From assembly GCA_047602405.1 (NCBI GenBank), contig JASGHJ010000002.1, positions 2,144,001 through 2,208,000 of the forward strand: 64,000 nucleotides of DNA, read 5' to 3'. Positions within the stretch are counted from its first letter, which is position 1, and every line of letters starts with the position of its first letter. Made by a program: the position numbers and the translations under genes. Shown piece by piece: positions 51,435-64,000 of the stretch. The notes under the pieces were generated by a model that searched no databases, was not told where the DNA came from, and was given only the letters and a program-made list of their open reading frames with translations. This DNA is from Anaeromyxobacteraceae bacterium. Lineage in GTDB: Bacteria; Myxococcota; Myxococcia; Myxococcales; Anaeromyxobacteraceae.

Positions 51435-51453
51435 GCCGTATACTCGCGGGGTC

Positions 51454-53544
<2,091 letters not shown>

Positions 53545-53579
53545 CGCGACGGCACCGGAGGCCTCGCATCCGCGCGGGC

Positions 53580-55394
53580 TCAGACCCGCTCGCTGCGCCT
53601 CCTCCCGAACTCGGCGTCCTTCCAGACGACCCCGTTCACGCGGAACTCGACGGCCTCGGGGAAGATGCCGGTGATGGTGGCGAAGCCCTCGTGGACCACG
53701 AAGAGGTGGTGGTAGGCGCAGAGCGGCATGCGGTTCCAGGCATCCTCGGGTCTCCCACGGCTGCGAAACTCGATGTGGTGGCCCTGGCAGCTCCGGCGGC
53801 TGCACCCCGGGAAACAGCAGCGCGGGTACCTCGCGCGCTGCTTCTGGGAGACGGTCTTCGGCTTCGTGCGCTCGTTGCACCAGGCCTGGATGAAGTGGCG
53901 GGCGAGCTCGGCGAGGAAGGCACCGTCGAGGCGCAGGTCCTCGAGGGCGGTGTCCGGCTCGGGAGGCACCCGCTTCATCAAGGATACCTCGAACGCCTGC
54001 TCGAGGAGGACCGCGACGCTCCGCGGCACCCGCGCCTCGAAGATCTTCAGCGCAGACATCTGCGCGTCGAGCTTCCCCTGGACGACCTCCTTGAGCTCGA
54101 TGACGGTCAGCTTCTCTGCTTTCTGGGCCATCTGGAGGAGATCGACCTGGGGCACCTCCTTCAGGAGAGGAGCTTCGAGTAGGTGAGCCCCATCTCTTTC
54201 GCGACCCGGAGCTCCGGCTTCTCCCAGAGGTGCTTCTCGAGCGCCGCTCGGGTCTCGATGGTCCGGGCAGGGACGCCCAACCGCTCGGTGGCGTAGTGAC
54301 GAAAATCGACGAACCCCGCCTCGCGGTGCGTGTGCCATGAGCTCATCGTCGGTGGCGTGGGCGTAGGGATCGAGCTCGAGCGCCTGAACCGCGTGGACGG
54401 GATCGAGGTACTCCCAGGAGGAGGTCTCGCGCTCGAGCTTCGCCTCGGCCGCGTCGCGCTTCGTCTGGATGTCGAGCGGGTCGAGCCGCCGCTCGACGGT
54501 CCGCTCCGCCTCGCGGGCGACCCACTCGGCACCGGGGTTCTCGGACAGGTATTCCTGCGCGAGCGCCTCGAGCTGGACGTGGCGGTGCGAGCTCTCGACG
54601 AGCTCGCCGGCGAGCGCGAGGCCCGTGCAGAGGTCCGCGCGGTCTTCGTCCGAGATCGGCACGCGGAGCAGCACCCACGGCTCCTCGTCGGCCTCCGCCT
54701 TCTCGGCTGCGGCGTCCGGCCCAGGGAGCGACTTCCTCTCCTTCAGGGCCTCCCTCACGAGCTGCCTGAGCTTCCGGACCGGCAGCTCCTTCGCGCGCTC
54801 GACCCAGCGCTCCTCGTCTTCTCCGATGGCAACCGGCAGCACCTCCAGCGCCGCCGACGGACTCACGACCCCCTCGTACGCCGCGGCCTTCAGGAGAAGC
54901 CTGTCCCGCAGCGCCCGCGCGAGCTGCGCCGCGACCTGCGCCGAGCGCCGCCGCACGCCGAGGAGGTTCTCCGTGAAGTCGCCGAGGTTCGAGAAGCCCA
55001 GCCGGCCGAGCCGATGACCTTCGGTGAATTCCGCGAAGAGTTCCCCCAGAGAGAGCTCGAGCGCGCTCCGCATGCGGGCGGCCTGCGCGAGCGCGCGCTC
55101 GAACTTCTCCGTACCGCCCTCCCCGCGGAGCACCATCTCCCTGAGCTCCAGCATCGTGAACGACGGGTACTCCCAGCGCGGCGCGCGCAGATCCCGGCGA
55201 TCGCCCAGCGGGTCGCGGCGGGCGAGGTCGCTCGAGGGTGCGCCGCCAGAGGCGCCGTCGCTCGCGGCCGCACCCGTCGACTCGGCACCCGGAGTGAACT
55301 CCGGGGGCGTCGTCGCGATGAGCTCACTGGCCGCGAACGCGTCCACGCCCGCGATCCTGCCACCCCGGTCTGACGGTGAGCACGCACGATCCAC
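53580..55394 (-). pseudogene. HNH endonuclease (DUF222-like repeated family), disrupted
   Basis: C-terminal CCFPGC...HHIEFRSRG...NRMPLCAYHH; the internal helical repeat AGFVDFRHYATERLG lies in a different frame (~54165-54340). Confidence 0.7.
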
Positions 55395-55668
55395 CTGGGG
55401 CTCAGGGCTGATCTGAGGATCGGGACCGTCCGATCCGCGGACCTACCGGACGTTCCGCGGACCCTCCTCCTTGGCGTCCCCGTGACGGCCGCACGGGAGG
55501 CCGGCGAGCGGCAGAGGTGGCTGCCCGAGCGGAACGCTGCGCGACCCCGGGGGAGTCTTCGCGAGAGGGGGTCCTGCGGCGGTGTACCTGCGAGCCCGCC
55601 GCCGGGTCGATTGGCGCGTCCGCGAGTGCATCGAAGCCGGCCATTCAGGAGCGGGGTAGACTGCGGCC

Positions 55669-56379
55669 GTGCCCGCGGGCGGACCGATCACGCAGCGTCG
55701 ACGCCTCCTCGCGGGTGCCGTGTTGCTGGGAGCCGGGGTGTGGCTCGACCTTGGACCACAGCTCCGCCATCGCCTCCTGTTTGCGATGACAATCGCGACC
55801 TGCGCCATGGCCGCTTGGTTCTTCTGGGCACTCCGCCGTGGCGCGATGCTCTCCTGGCGGATCGCAGGCTGGGCGGGCGTCGTGCTCGCCACCGCTTACG
55901 CATCGGCGGCTGCCTTTCGCTGGAGCACGTTGCCGCCGCGCGAGAGCGCGCTCGTCGATCAGTTTCGTGGCAACCGGAGCGCCTACGAGTCCCTCGAGCA
56001 GTTGCTCGTAGAGGAGGCGGGCCCCATCGAGGTCGCCAAGTGGGGCGTCCGCACGCGGCGGTCCCTCCTCGCGGAAATACCGCCATCTGGCGATTTCCCG
56101 CGCGCGCGTTTCGACAGGTACCTCGCTCTCCTGACCCGCGCTGGCGGCGAGATCGCCTGGCGCGGCGACGACGCGTGCCCGGAGACCTGCGTCGTCGTCT
56201 GGGCTGCGGGATTCGCGGCAAACACGCGGCACGTGGCCGTGTGTTCACTCTGCACCGCTCCAGCCAGCCTCACCGATAACCTGGATCGGTGGTGGACCAC
56301 GCCGACAGCCTCCGGCGGGCGGGAGATTGTCTACCGGCACCTCGAAGCGGAATGGTACCTGCGCGCCGATTCACGTTGA
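55669..56379 (+). CDS. Hypothetical membrane protein with atypical codon usage
   Basis: Three N-terminal TM segments; more A/T-ending codons than neighbouring genes. Confidence 0.6.
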   Translation: MPAGGPITQRRRLLAGAVLLGAGVWLDLGPQLRHRLLFAMTIATCAMAAWFFWALRRGAMLSWRIAGWAGVVLATAYASAAAFRWSTLPPRESALVDQFRGNRSAYESLEQLLVEEAGPIEVAKWGVRTRRSLLAEIPPSGDFPRARFDRYLALLTRAGGEIAWRGDDACPETCVVVWAAGFAANTRHVAVCSLCTAPASLTDNLDRWWTTPTASGGREIVYRHLEAEWYLRADSR

Positions 56380-56401
56380 GCGGCCTACCCGCGTACGAGC
56401 G

Positions 56402-57520
56402 CTACCCCTCGCCCGCGATCCGCCGCGGCAGCGTGACCTCGAAGGCCGTGCCGTCCGCGGGCGCGGTGCGGACGTCGATCGTGCCGCCGTGCGCGGTGAC
56501 GATCTCGCGCGAGATGTAGAGCCCGAGCCCGAGGCCGGCGCGCAGGGCCTTGCCGCCCCGCACGCGGAACGGCTCGAACAGCGCGGCGAGCACCTCCGGC
56601 GGCATGGCGCCGCCGTTCCTCACCTCGAGCCGCACGCGCTCGCGCCAGGTGCCGTCCACGGTCACGCGCACCGGGACGCGCGGCGCGCCGTGCAGCACCG
56701 CGTTCCCCACGAGGTTGTCGAGCACCTGCTCGAGCCGGTCGGCGTCGCCCTCCAGGACCGGATCGCCCGTGACCTCGAGGACCACCTCGATCCCCGGGGT
56801 CGTGCCCTGCACCTGCTCGACCGCGTCCTCGGCGAGCGCGCCGAGGTCCACGGCGCCCGGCCGGACCGGGATGCCCTGGCCGACCCGCAGGCGGGTGAGA
56901 TCGAGGAGCTGGGCGATCATCCGCTCCATGCGCCCCGCGCTCCGCACGATCCGCTCGAGCGCGCGGCGGCGCTGCTCGTCGGGCTCGTCGCGCTCGAGCG
57001 TCGAGGCGCTGAGCGAGATGACGCCCAGCGGGAAGCGCAGGTCGTGGCCGACGACGCCGAGGAAGGTGTCGCGGAAGCGCTCCATCCGCTCGCGCTCGGC
57101 GCGGACCGTGAGCTCCGCGGCGAGGTCCTGGCAGGTCGCGATCGCGCCGACCGGCTGGCCCTCGCGGCCCCGGATCGGCGAGACCGCGACCCGCACCGCG
57201 CACGCGCCGCCGTCGGCGCGGCGGACGCGCACCTCGAGCTCCGGCGGCGTCTCCCCCCGGAGCGCCTCGGCGACCGGGAGCACGCCGGGCGTGCCGTCGA
57301 GCCGCTCCACCTGGAGCTCGACCAGCGCGGAGATTGGCCCGCCCGCCTCGATTGCCGGTCCGAGCGCCGCGACCGCGCGCGGGTTCGCCACCGCGATCTT
57401 CCCGGTGACGAGGTCCGCCACCACGATGCCCACCGGCAGCTCGTCGACGATGCGCCGGAGGCGGACGTCGTCGCGCGTCGTCGGGAGCGGCGTGAACGTG
57501 GCGGGGCGTGGGCGGAACAT
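56402..57520 (-). CDS. PAS-domain sensor histidine kinase
   Basis: IVDELPVGI...ANP, VGHDLRFPL, NLVGNAV, GLGLGLYI. Confidence 0.88.
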   Translation of the reverse strand: MFRPRPATFTPLPTTRDDVRLRRIVDELPVGIVVADLVTGKIAVANPRAVAALGPAIEAGGPISALVELQVERLDGTPGVLPVAEALRGETPPELEVRVRRADGGACAVRVAVSPIRGREGQPVGAIATCQDLAAELTVRAERERMERFRDTFLGVVGHDLRFPLGVISLSASTLERDEPDEQRRRALERIVRSAGRMERMIAQLLDLTRLRVGQGIPVRPGAVDLGALAEDAVEQVQGTTPGIEVVLEVTGDPVLEGDADRLEQVLDNLVGNAVLHGAPRVPVRVTVDGTWRERVRLEVRNGGAMPPEVLAALFEPFRVRGGKALRAGLGLGLYISREIVTAHGGTIDVRTAPADGTAFEVTLPRRIAGEG

Positions 57521-57616
57521 GGCCGCGCGGCGAGGCATCCGGACTGCGGGTGAGCCCGCAGAGTGTCCGATCGCCTCCCCCGCGGGAAGGGGTCACGCCA
57601 ACCTGCGCGGGAGCGC

Positions 57617-59060
57617 TCAGGGTTGCCGCGCGGGCCGCGCGGGAGGCCCGCCGACGATTTGCTTCGCGAGGGTGCCGGCCTTCATCCGCCCACCTTCGTC
57701 CACACCGTTGATGACCGCGACGAGCTTCGCGTCCGCGTTCGACGGGTTCGCGGACATGAACTCGGCGACGCTCTGGTCGCGGTCGAGCTTCACGAGCTTC
57801 ACGCGCGCGGGCTTCACGTCGAGCGCGGCCCGGTCGGTGAGCGGCCCGAAGCTCGCGAGCGCGTCGCGCAGACCGGCGTCGTGCTTCGAGAGCGCGGCCG
57901 CCGGGGCGAAGCCCACGAGCTGGAGGGTGACCTTCCCGGCCGACGCGAAGGCGACGTAGCCCCCGAGGGCGCCCTGCTGGGTCTGCGCCTCGAACCGGGC
58001 GGCGTTCCTCGGCGCCTCCCCGGACAGCGCGGTCGCCGGCCGGATGCCCTCCTGGGCGAAGAACTTCTGCTTCGCCTCCTCGGGCGACGCCGCGCCGGTC
58101 ACCACCGAGAGCTGCACGGCGGCGTCCTGCTCGGCCGAGACGCCCTGCACCGCGGCGGCGCCGTTCTGCGTCTTCCAGCCCTTCGGGAACGCGAGCTGGA
58201 AGCCGAGGCCCGGGTGCTTGAACGTCTGCCCCTCGAAGAAGCCCTGCCGCGGGTCGTCGCCGAACACCATCCCGTCGACCTGCGCGAGGTACGCGGCCTC
58301 GTCCACCCGCATGCGGTCGGCGCCCTCCACCGAGGCCGCCCGCTCGGCCGCCTTCTTCGCGCGGTTCTCGGGGTCGGGGTGCGTCGACATCCACTCCGGC
58401 ACCCGGCCGCCGCCGGAGAGCGCGCTCGCCTTCGCGAGCATCTCGAACACCTTCGGCATCTCGCGCGGGTCGTAGCCGGCCGCGGTCATGTACTTGAACC
58501 CGAGCTGGTCCGACTGCCGCTCGTCGTCCCGGCCATACTTGAGGAAGATGAGCTGCATCCCGGCCGAGGCGAGCTGGCCGAGCTGCCCGAGCTCCGGCGA
58601 GAGCACCGATCCGAGGCCGAGGCCCACCTGGGCGAGCTGCTGCTTCGAGAGCTGCTGCACCGAGTGGCGCGCGGTGACGTGGCCGATTTCGTGCCCAACC
58701 ACCGCGGCGAGCTCCGCCTCCGAGCGCAGGTGGGTCAGGATCCCGCGGGTGACGAAGATCGGCCCGCCCGGGAGCGCGAAGGCGTTCACGGCCGGGTCGT
58801 CGACGACGTCGAACTGCCAGGGGATCCGCGGCCGCTCCGACGAGGTCGCCATCCGCATGCCGACCCCGGAGACGTACGCCTTCACCTTCGGATCGTCGTA
58901 GGTCCCCATGGTCTGGCGGACCTCCTCGGCGGACTGCTTGCCGAGGGCGATTCTCCTGATCGGACGAGACGAGCGCGAGCTGGCGCTTCCCGGTGACGGG
59001 GTTCCTGACGCAGGCGACGAGGAGGCAGCCCGCGAGGGCCAGGAGGCGGGGGGCGGTCAT
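57617..59060 (-). CDS. M48 family zinc metalloprotease lipoprotein, BepA-like (apparent +1 frameshift at ~58951)
   Basis: LVAC lipobox, NPVTG, NAFALPGG, HEIGH, E.QSD, THP. Confidence 0.88.
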
Positions 59061-59079
59061 GCCCCCAATCTAAGCGCCG

Positions 59080-60139
59080 CTACCCGTGAAGCCTCGCCAG
59101 GATTTCCCCGGTCATCGCGGTGGTCGAGAGCGCCCCGCCGAGGTCCCGGGTGCGGTGGCCCGCCGAGAGGGTCGCGTGGACCGCGGCCTCGACGCGGTCC
59201 GCCTCGGCCGCGAGCCCGAGCGAGTGCCGGAGCAGCATGGCGGCGGAGAGGATCGTGCCGATTGGGTTCGCGATGCCCTTCCCCGCGATGTCCGGCGCGG
59301 AGCCGTGGATGGGCCGTAGAGCCCCGGCCCCCCGTCGCCCAGCGAGGCCGACGGGAGCAGGCCCATCGAGCCCGGGAGCACGGCGGCCTCGTCGGTGAGG
59401 ATGTCGCCGAACATGTTCTCGGTGACGATCACGTCGAAGGCGGCCGGCCCGGAGACGAGCCGCATCGCCGCGGTGTCGACGAGCACGTGCTCGAGCGCGA
59501 CGTCCGGGTGGGCGGCGCCGATCTGCGTCGCGAGCTCGCGCCAGAGGCGGGAGGAGTCGAGGACGTTCGCCTTGTCGACCGAGGCCACCTTTTTCTTGCG
59601 GCCGCGGGCGAGCCCGAACGCGAGCTCCACCACCCGCCGGATCTCGAAGTCCTGGTACTCGAGCGTGTCGACGCCGCGCTCGCCGGTCTCGGTCTTGAAG
59701 CGGCCCTTCGGCTGGCCGAAGTAGAGGCCGCCGGTGAGCTCGCGCACCACGAGGAGGTCCACGCCGGCGAGCCGCTCCGGCCGGAGCGGCGAGGCGTCCA
59801 CGAGCGAGGGGTGGAGCTTCACCGGGCGCAGGTTCGCGAAGACGCCGAGGCCCTTGCGGAGCGCGAGGAGGCCCTGCTCCGGCCGGACCTTCGCGCGCGG
59901 GTCGTCCCACTTCGGCCCGCCGACGGCGCCGAGCAGCACGGCGTCGGACCGCTTCGCCGCGGCGAGCGTCTCGTCGGTGAGCGCCGTGCCGTGCCGGTCG
60001 ATGGAGCAGCCGCCGAGGAGGTGCTCCTCGTACGAGAACGTGTGGCCGCCCGTGCGGCCGACCGCGTCGAGCACCTTCGTCGCCTCGGCCGTCACCTCCG
60101 GGCCGATCCCGTCGCCCGGCAGCACGCAGATCTTCGCCT

Positions 60140-60143
<4 letters not shown>
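59080..60143 (-). CDS. leuB: 3-isopropylmalate dehydrogenase (apparent -1 frameshift at ~59314)
   Basis: [47 protein letters not shown]; the LYEPIHG motif is split by a 1-nt deletion. Confidence 0.93.
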
Positions 60144-61708
<1,565 letters not shown>

Positions 61709-61877
61709 CGGTGCCGGCGCTCCGCGGGGGTGGAGCCGGCCAGTATACACGCCCCGCCGGTGACACCATCGCCAGCGCACCCGCAGTCGTTCGTGGACGG
61801 CGGCCCCCGGCTGCGTTACTCACCTCCGCAGGTCCCGACCGCAGACCGTCAGCGTGACCATCCCCCCCGGAGGACCC

Positions 61878-62399
61878 GTGGCCATCGACTTCAGCCGGCT
61901 GGAGCTCAAGGACGCCCTGGACCTCGCCATCCTGATCGAGCAGGAGGCCCGCGAGCGCTACGAGGAGTTCGCCCGGATCGTGGGCGGTCGCTACGCGGGC
62001 GACGCCGCGGACATGTTCCGCGAGATGGCGCGCAACGAGGCGAAGCACGAGTCGCAGCTCGCCGACCGCCGCCGCACCGCCTTCGGCGACGCGGCGCGGA
62101 AGGTCACCCGGACCATGTTCGAGGACGTGGAGGCGCCGGAGGTGACGAAGCCGCGCGTCTTCATGTCGGCGCGGCAGGCGATGGAGGTCGCGCTCGCCTC
62201 CGAGGAGAAGGCCTGGGAGTTCTTCGATCGGGCCCTCGCCCACGTGCAGGACCCGTACGTGAAGGTGCTGTTCCAGGAGCTGCGCGGCGAGGAGGCGCAG
62301 CACGCCGCGCTCGTCCGGGCGAAGCTCGAGAAGCTGCCGCCCGGCCCCGACCTCGAGGAAGAGGACGCGGACGAGCCCGGGACCGACCCGGGCAACTAG
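61878..62399 (+). CDS. Ferritin-like/rubrerythrin family protein
   Basis: GGAGGA RBS; E..A...Y, EAKH, E..A, EAQH diiron pattern. Confidence 0.85.
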   Translation: MAIDFSRLELKDALDLAILIEQEARERYEEFARIVGGRYAGDAADMFREMARNEAKHESQLADRRRTAFGDAARKVTRTMFEDVEAPEVTKPRVFMSARQAMEVALASEEKAWEFFDRALAHVQDPYVKVLFQELRGEEAQHAALVRAKLEKLPPGPDLEEEDADEPGTDPGN

Positions 62400-62433
62400 T
62401 TCCCACCTGAAGTCGCGAGAGAGGAGCGCGCGT

Positions 62434-62757
62434 TTGGCGAAGCCGAAGATCGAGGAGCTCACCGTCGGCAAGGGTCCCGAGGCGGTGCGGGGCAAGACGG
62501 TGCAGGTGCACTACACGGGCTGGCTCACCGACGGCACCAAGTTCGACTCGTCGGTCGGGAGCGAGCCCTTCTCGTTCCGGCTCGGCGCCGGCGAGGTCAT
62601 CGAGGGCTGGGACCGCGGCGTGGCCGGCATGAAGGTGGGCGGGAAGCGGAAGCTGACGCTGCCCCCCGACCTCGCCTACGGCGCGCGCGGCGCCCCTCCG
62701 GACATCCCGCCGAACGCGACGCTCGTGTTCGAGGTGGAGCTGCTCGGCGTCGTCTAG
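62434..62757 (+). CDS. FKBP-type peptidyl-prolyl isomerase
   Basis: [37 protein letters not shown]. Confidence 0.95.
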   Translation: MAKPKIEELTVGKGPEAVRGKTVQVHYTGWLTDGTKFDSSVGSEPFSFRLGAGEVIEGWDRGVAGMKVGGKRKLTLPPDLAYGARGAPPDIPPNATLVFEVELLGVV

Positions 62758-62804
62758 CGCGCGTCCAGCGCGCCCCTCGCGAGGGGCCCCGCCCGGTCCG
62801 ACTT

Positions 62805-62880
62805 CCCGCTCATCCTGAGCGTAGGCACCGCGGAACCCCGAGCCTGTCGAGGGGTCCGCGGGCCGAAGTCGAAGGACCGG
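62805..62880 (+). repeat. REP-like repeat with a nested CCCCGAGCCTGTCGAGGGG palindrome
   Basis: TCCTGAGCGTAGGC...GCCGAAGTCGAAGGA frame; inner CCGCGGA/TCCGCGG stem encloses 62836-62854. Confidence 0.6.
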
Positions 62881-62974
62881 GCTTTTCTTTTCTGAAGGTA
62901 TCGCGCGCACTTTATCTGGTTTTACGAACCCCGGCCCGGTCTTACCTCCTACGGACACAGGGAGGTGCTGGCTC

Positions 62975-63314
62975 ATGTTCGTCTCCATGCAGGTGCAGGG
63001 ACAGGCGCCCGAAGGTCCGATGAAGGAGCACCTCGAGCGGCGCCTGCGCGGCGCGGTGCAGGCCTACGGCACGCGCGCCCAGGGCATCGCGCTCCGCGCG
63101 AACGCGACGACCCTCCCCCGCGGCCGCGTGAGCTGCCGGGTCGCGATTCTCGCTCGACGCCGGCGTCTTCACCGGCACCGCCAAGGGCGCGAACGTGCTC
63201 TTCGCGGCGGAGGAGGCGCTCGCGAAGGCGACGCGCAACGCCGACAAGGTGCTGCGTCGCGAGGAGCGCCCCGCGGGCAACCTGTTCCTCGCGCCGAGCA
63301 CCTCGAACGGCTGA
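62975..63314 (+). CDS. HPF/RaiA-like protein (apparent +1 frameshift at ~63147)
   Basis: GGAGG RBS; corrected sequence ...KEHLERRL...SCRVAISLDAG...LFAAEEALAKA fits the HPF beta-alpha-beta-beta-beta-alpha pattern. Confidence 0.55.
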
Positions 63315-63317
63315 GCG

Positions 63318-63722
63318 CTACTTCTTGCCGGGCGCCGACCCGGGCCGGCCCAGGGACCGGTCCGGGTCGAGCCCGAGCCGCTCGAGGGTCTCCCGGTCCG
63401 GGAAGCCCGTCGCGGCCAGCCCCTGCCCGTCCTGGAACCTGCGGAGCGCGCGCGTCGTCGCGTCGTCGAGCTCTCCGTCCTGGTGCGCCTCCAGGAGCCC
63501 GCGCGAGGTGAGCGCGCGCTGCAGCTCGGTCACCACGCCCGGCGCGAGCAGCGCCTCCGGCGAGGCCGGCACCCGCGGGCTCCCCGCCCGCGGCGGCACG
63601 CCCTGCTCCTTCCTCGTGTCCGGCGCCTCCGGCTTCCTCGGCCCCGGCTCCGGGGGCTTCTGCACCTTCGCGCACGCGGCGCCGAGCGCGAGCGCCAGGG
63701 CGGCGAGCCGCGGGTTCGTCAC
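63318..63722 (-). CDS. Peptidoglycan-binding domain lipoprotein
   Basis: GAAC lipobox; LQRAL...G..D.AT.RALRRFQ...GL..TG. Confidence 0.82.
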   Translation of the reverse strand: MTNPRLAALALALGAACAKVQKPPEPGPRKPEAPDTRKEQGVPPRAGSPRVPASPEALLAPGVVTELQRALTSRGLLEAHQDGELDDATTRALRRFQDGQGLAATGFPDRETLERLGLDPDRSLGRPGSAPGKK

Positions 63723-64000
63723 TTCCCGCCCTCCGGCTGCGCCGCGGGCTCGCGCTTGCGGGACAGCCCCTTCCTCGCCTGCTCGAGGACGCCTTCCCGC
63801 TTCTTCGCGGTCGGCTGCGGGAGGCCCCCCACGCCGGCGACCAGCCCCTCGACGAACGCGTTCCGGAGCACGCCGATGATCGCCGGCACCGCCTGCACGT
63901 CCGGCTCCGAGAGCTTGCCGCGGATCGGCACCGTCGTCGCGACCGCCTCTCGGCCCGGGACGTCGTCGGAGAGGAGCTTCAGCGTCGCGTCGCCGAGCGC
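63719..64000 (-). CDS. C-terminal fragment of a DUF748-like protein
   Basis: VATTVPIRGKLSEP...VLRNAFVEGL; runs off window. Confidence 0.6.
   Translation of the reverse strand, partial: ALGDATLKLLSDDVPGREAVATTVPIRGKLSEPDVQAVPAIIGVLRNAFVEGLVAGVGGLPQPTAKKREGVLEQARKGLSRKREPAAQPEGGK

Noticed and set aside
53576..55405. GGGCTCAG direct repeat as a target duplication around the HNH gene
   Set aside because: It is only 8 bp in GC-rich DNA, overlaps the stop codon and has no TIRs, so it cannot be distinguished from chance.
61709..61850. Leu/Ile attenuator upstream of cimA-leuB
   Set aside because: No leader peptide rich in branched-chain codons; a TATACT -10 element lies only ~35 nt before the start.

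Overview
Very GC-rich bacterial chromosomal segment whose gene content and style resemble Anaeromyxobacter/Myxococcota (inference). It holds about 55 mostly housekeeping or envelope genes: pgm, alpha-2-macroglobulin plus pbpC, map, an ABC-F/Uup, TrpB2, aceK, acs, thiD, an EF-G paralog, leuB/cimA, an FKBP and several peptidases. Highlights: (1) a 2.2-kb transposase-less element (176-2375) with perfect 15-bp terminal inverted repeats and a TA duplication at CTAG, encoding a TnpB/Cas12-like RuvC nuclease with all three catalytic acidic residues; (2) a hidden ~199-aa gene (41302-40703) with two in-frame UGA codons (G-U-G-P-V-A-G-L-G-U-G), each followed by a SECIS-like hairpin, so a candidate di-selenocysteine protein; (3) a PheS-like ligase preceded by a leaderless uORF and mutually exclusive RNA stems; (4) a dispersed GTAG-type palindromic repeat family, with one copy inside uup and one inside a small MITE; (5) six genes broken by the same +1 error (GATC read as GAATC/GATTC), which suggests a DNA-modification-induced sequencing artefact. 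No rRNA, tRNA or CRISPR array was found. Family assignments come from motif recognition by eye, not database searches.
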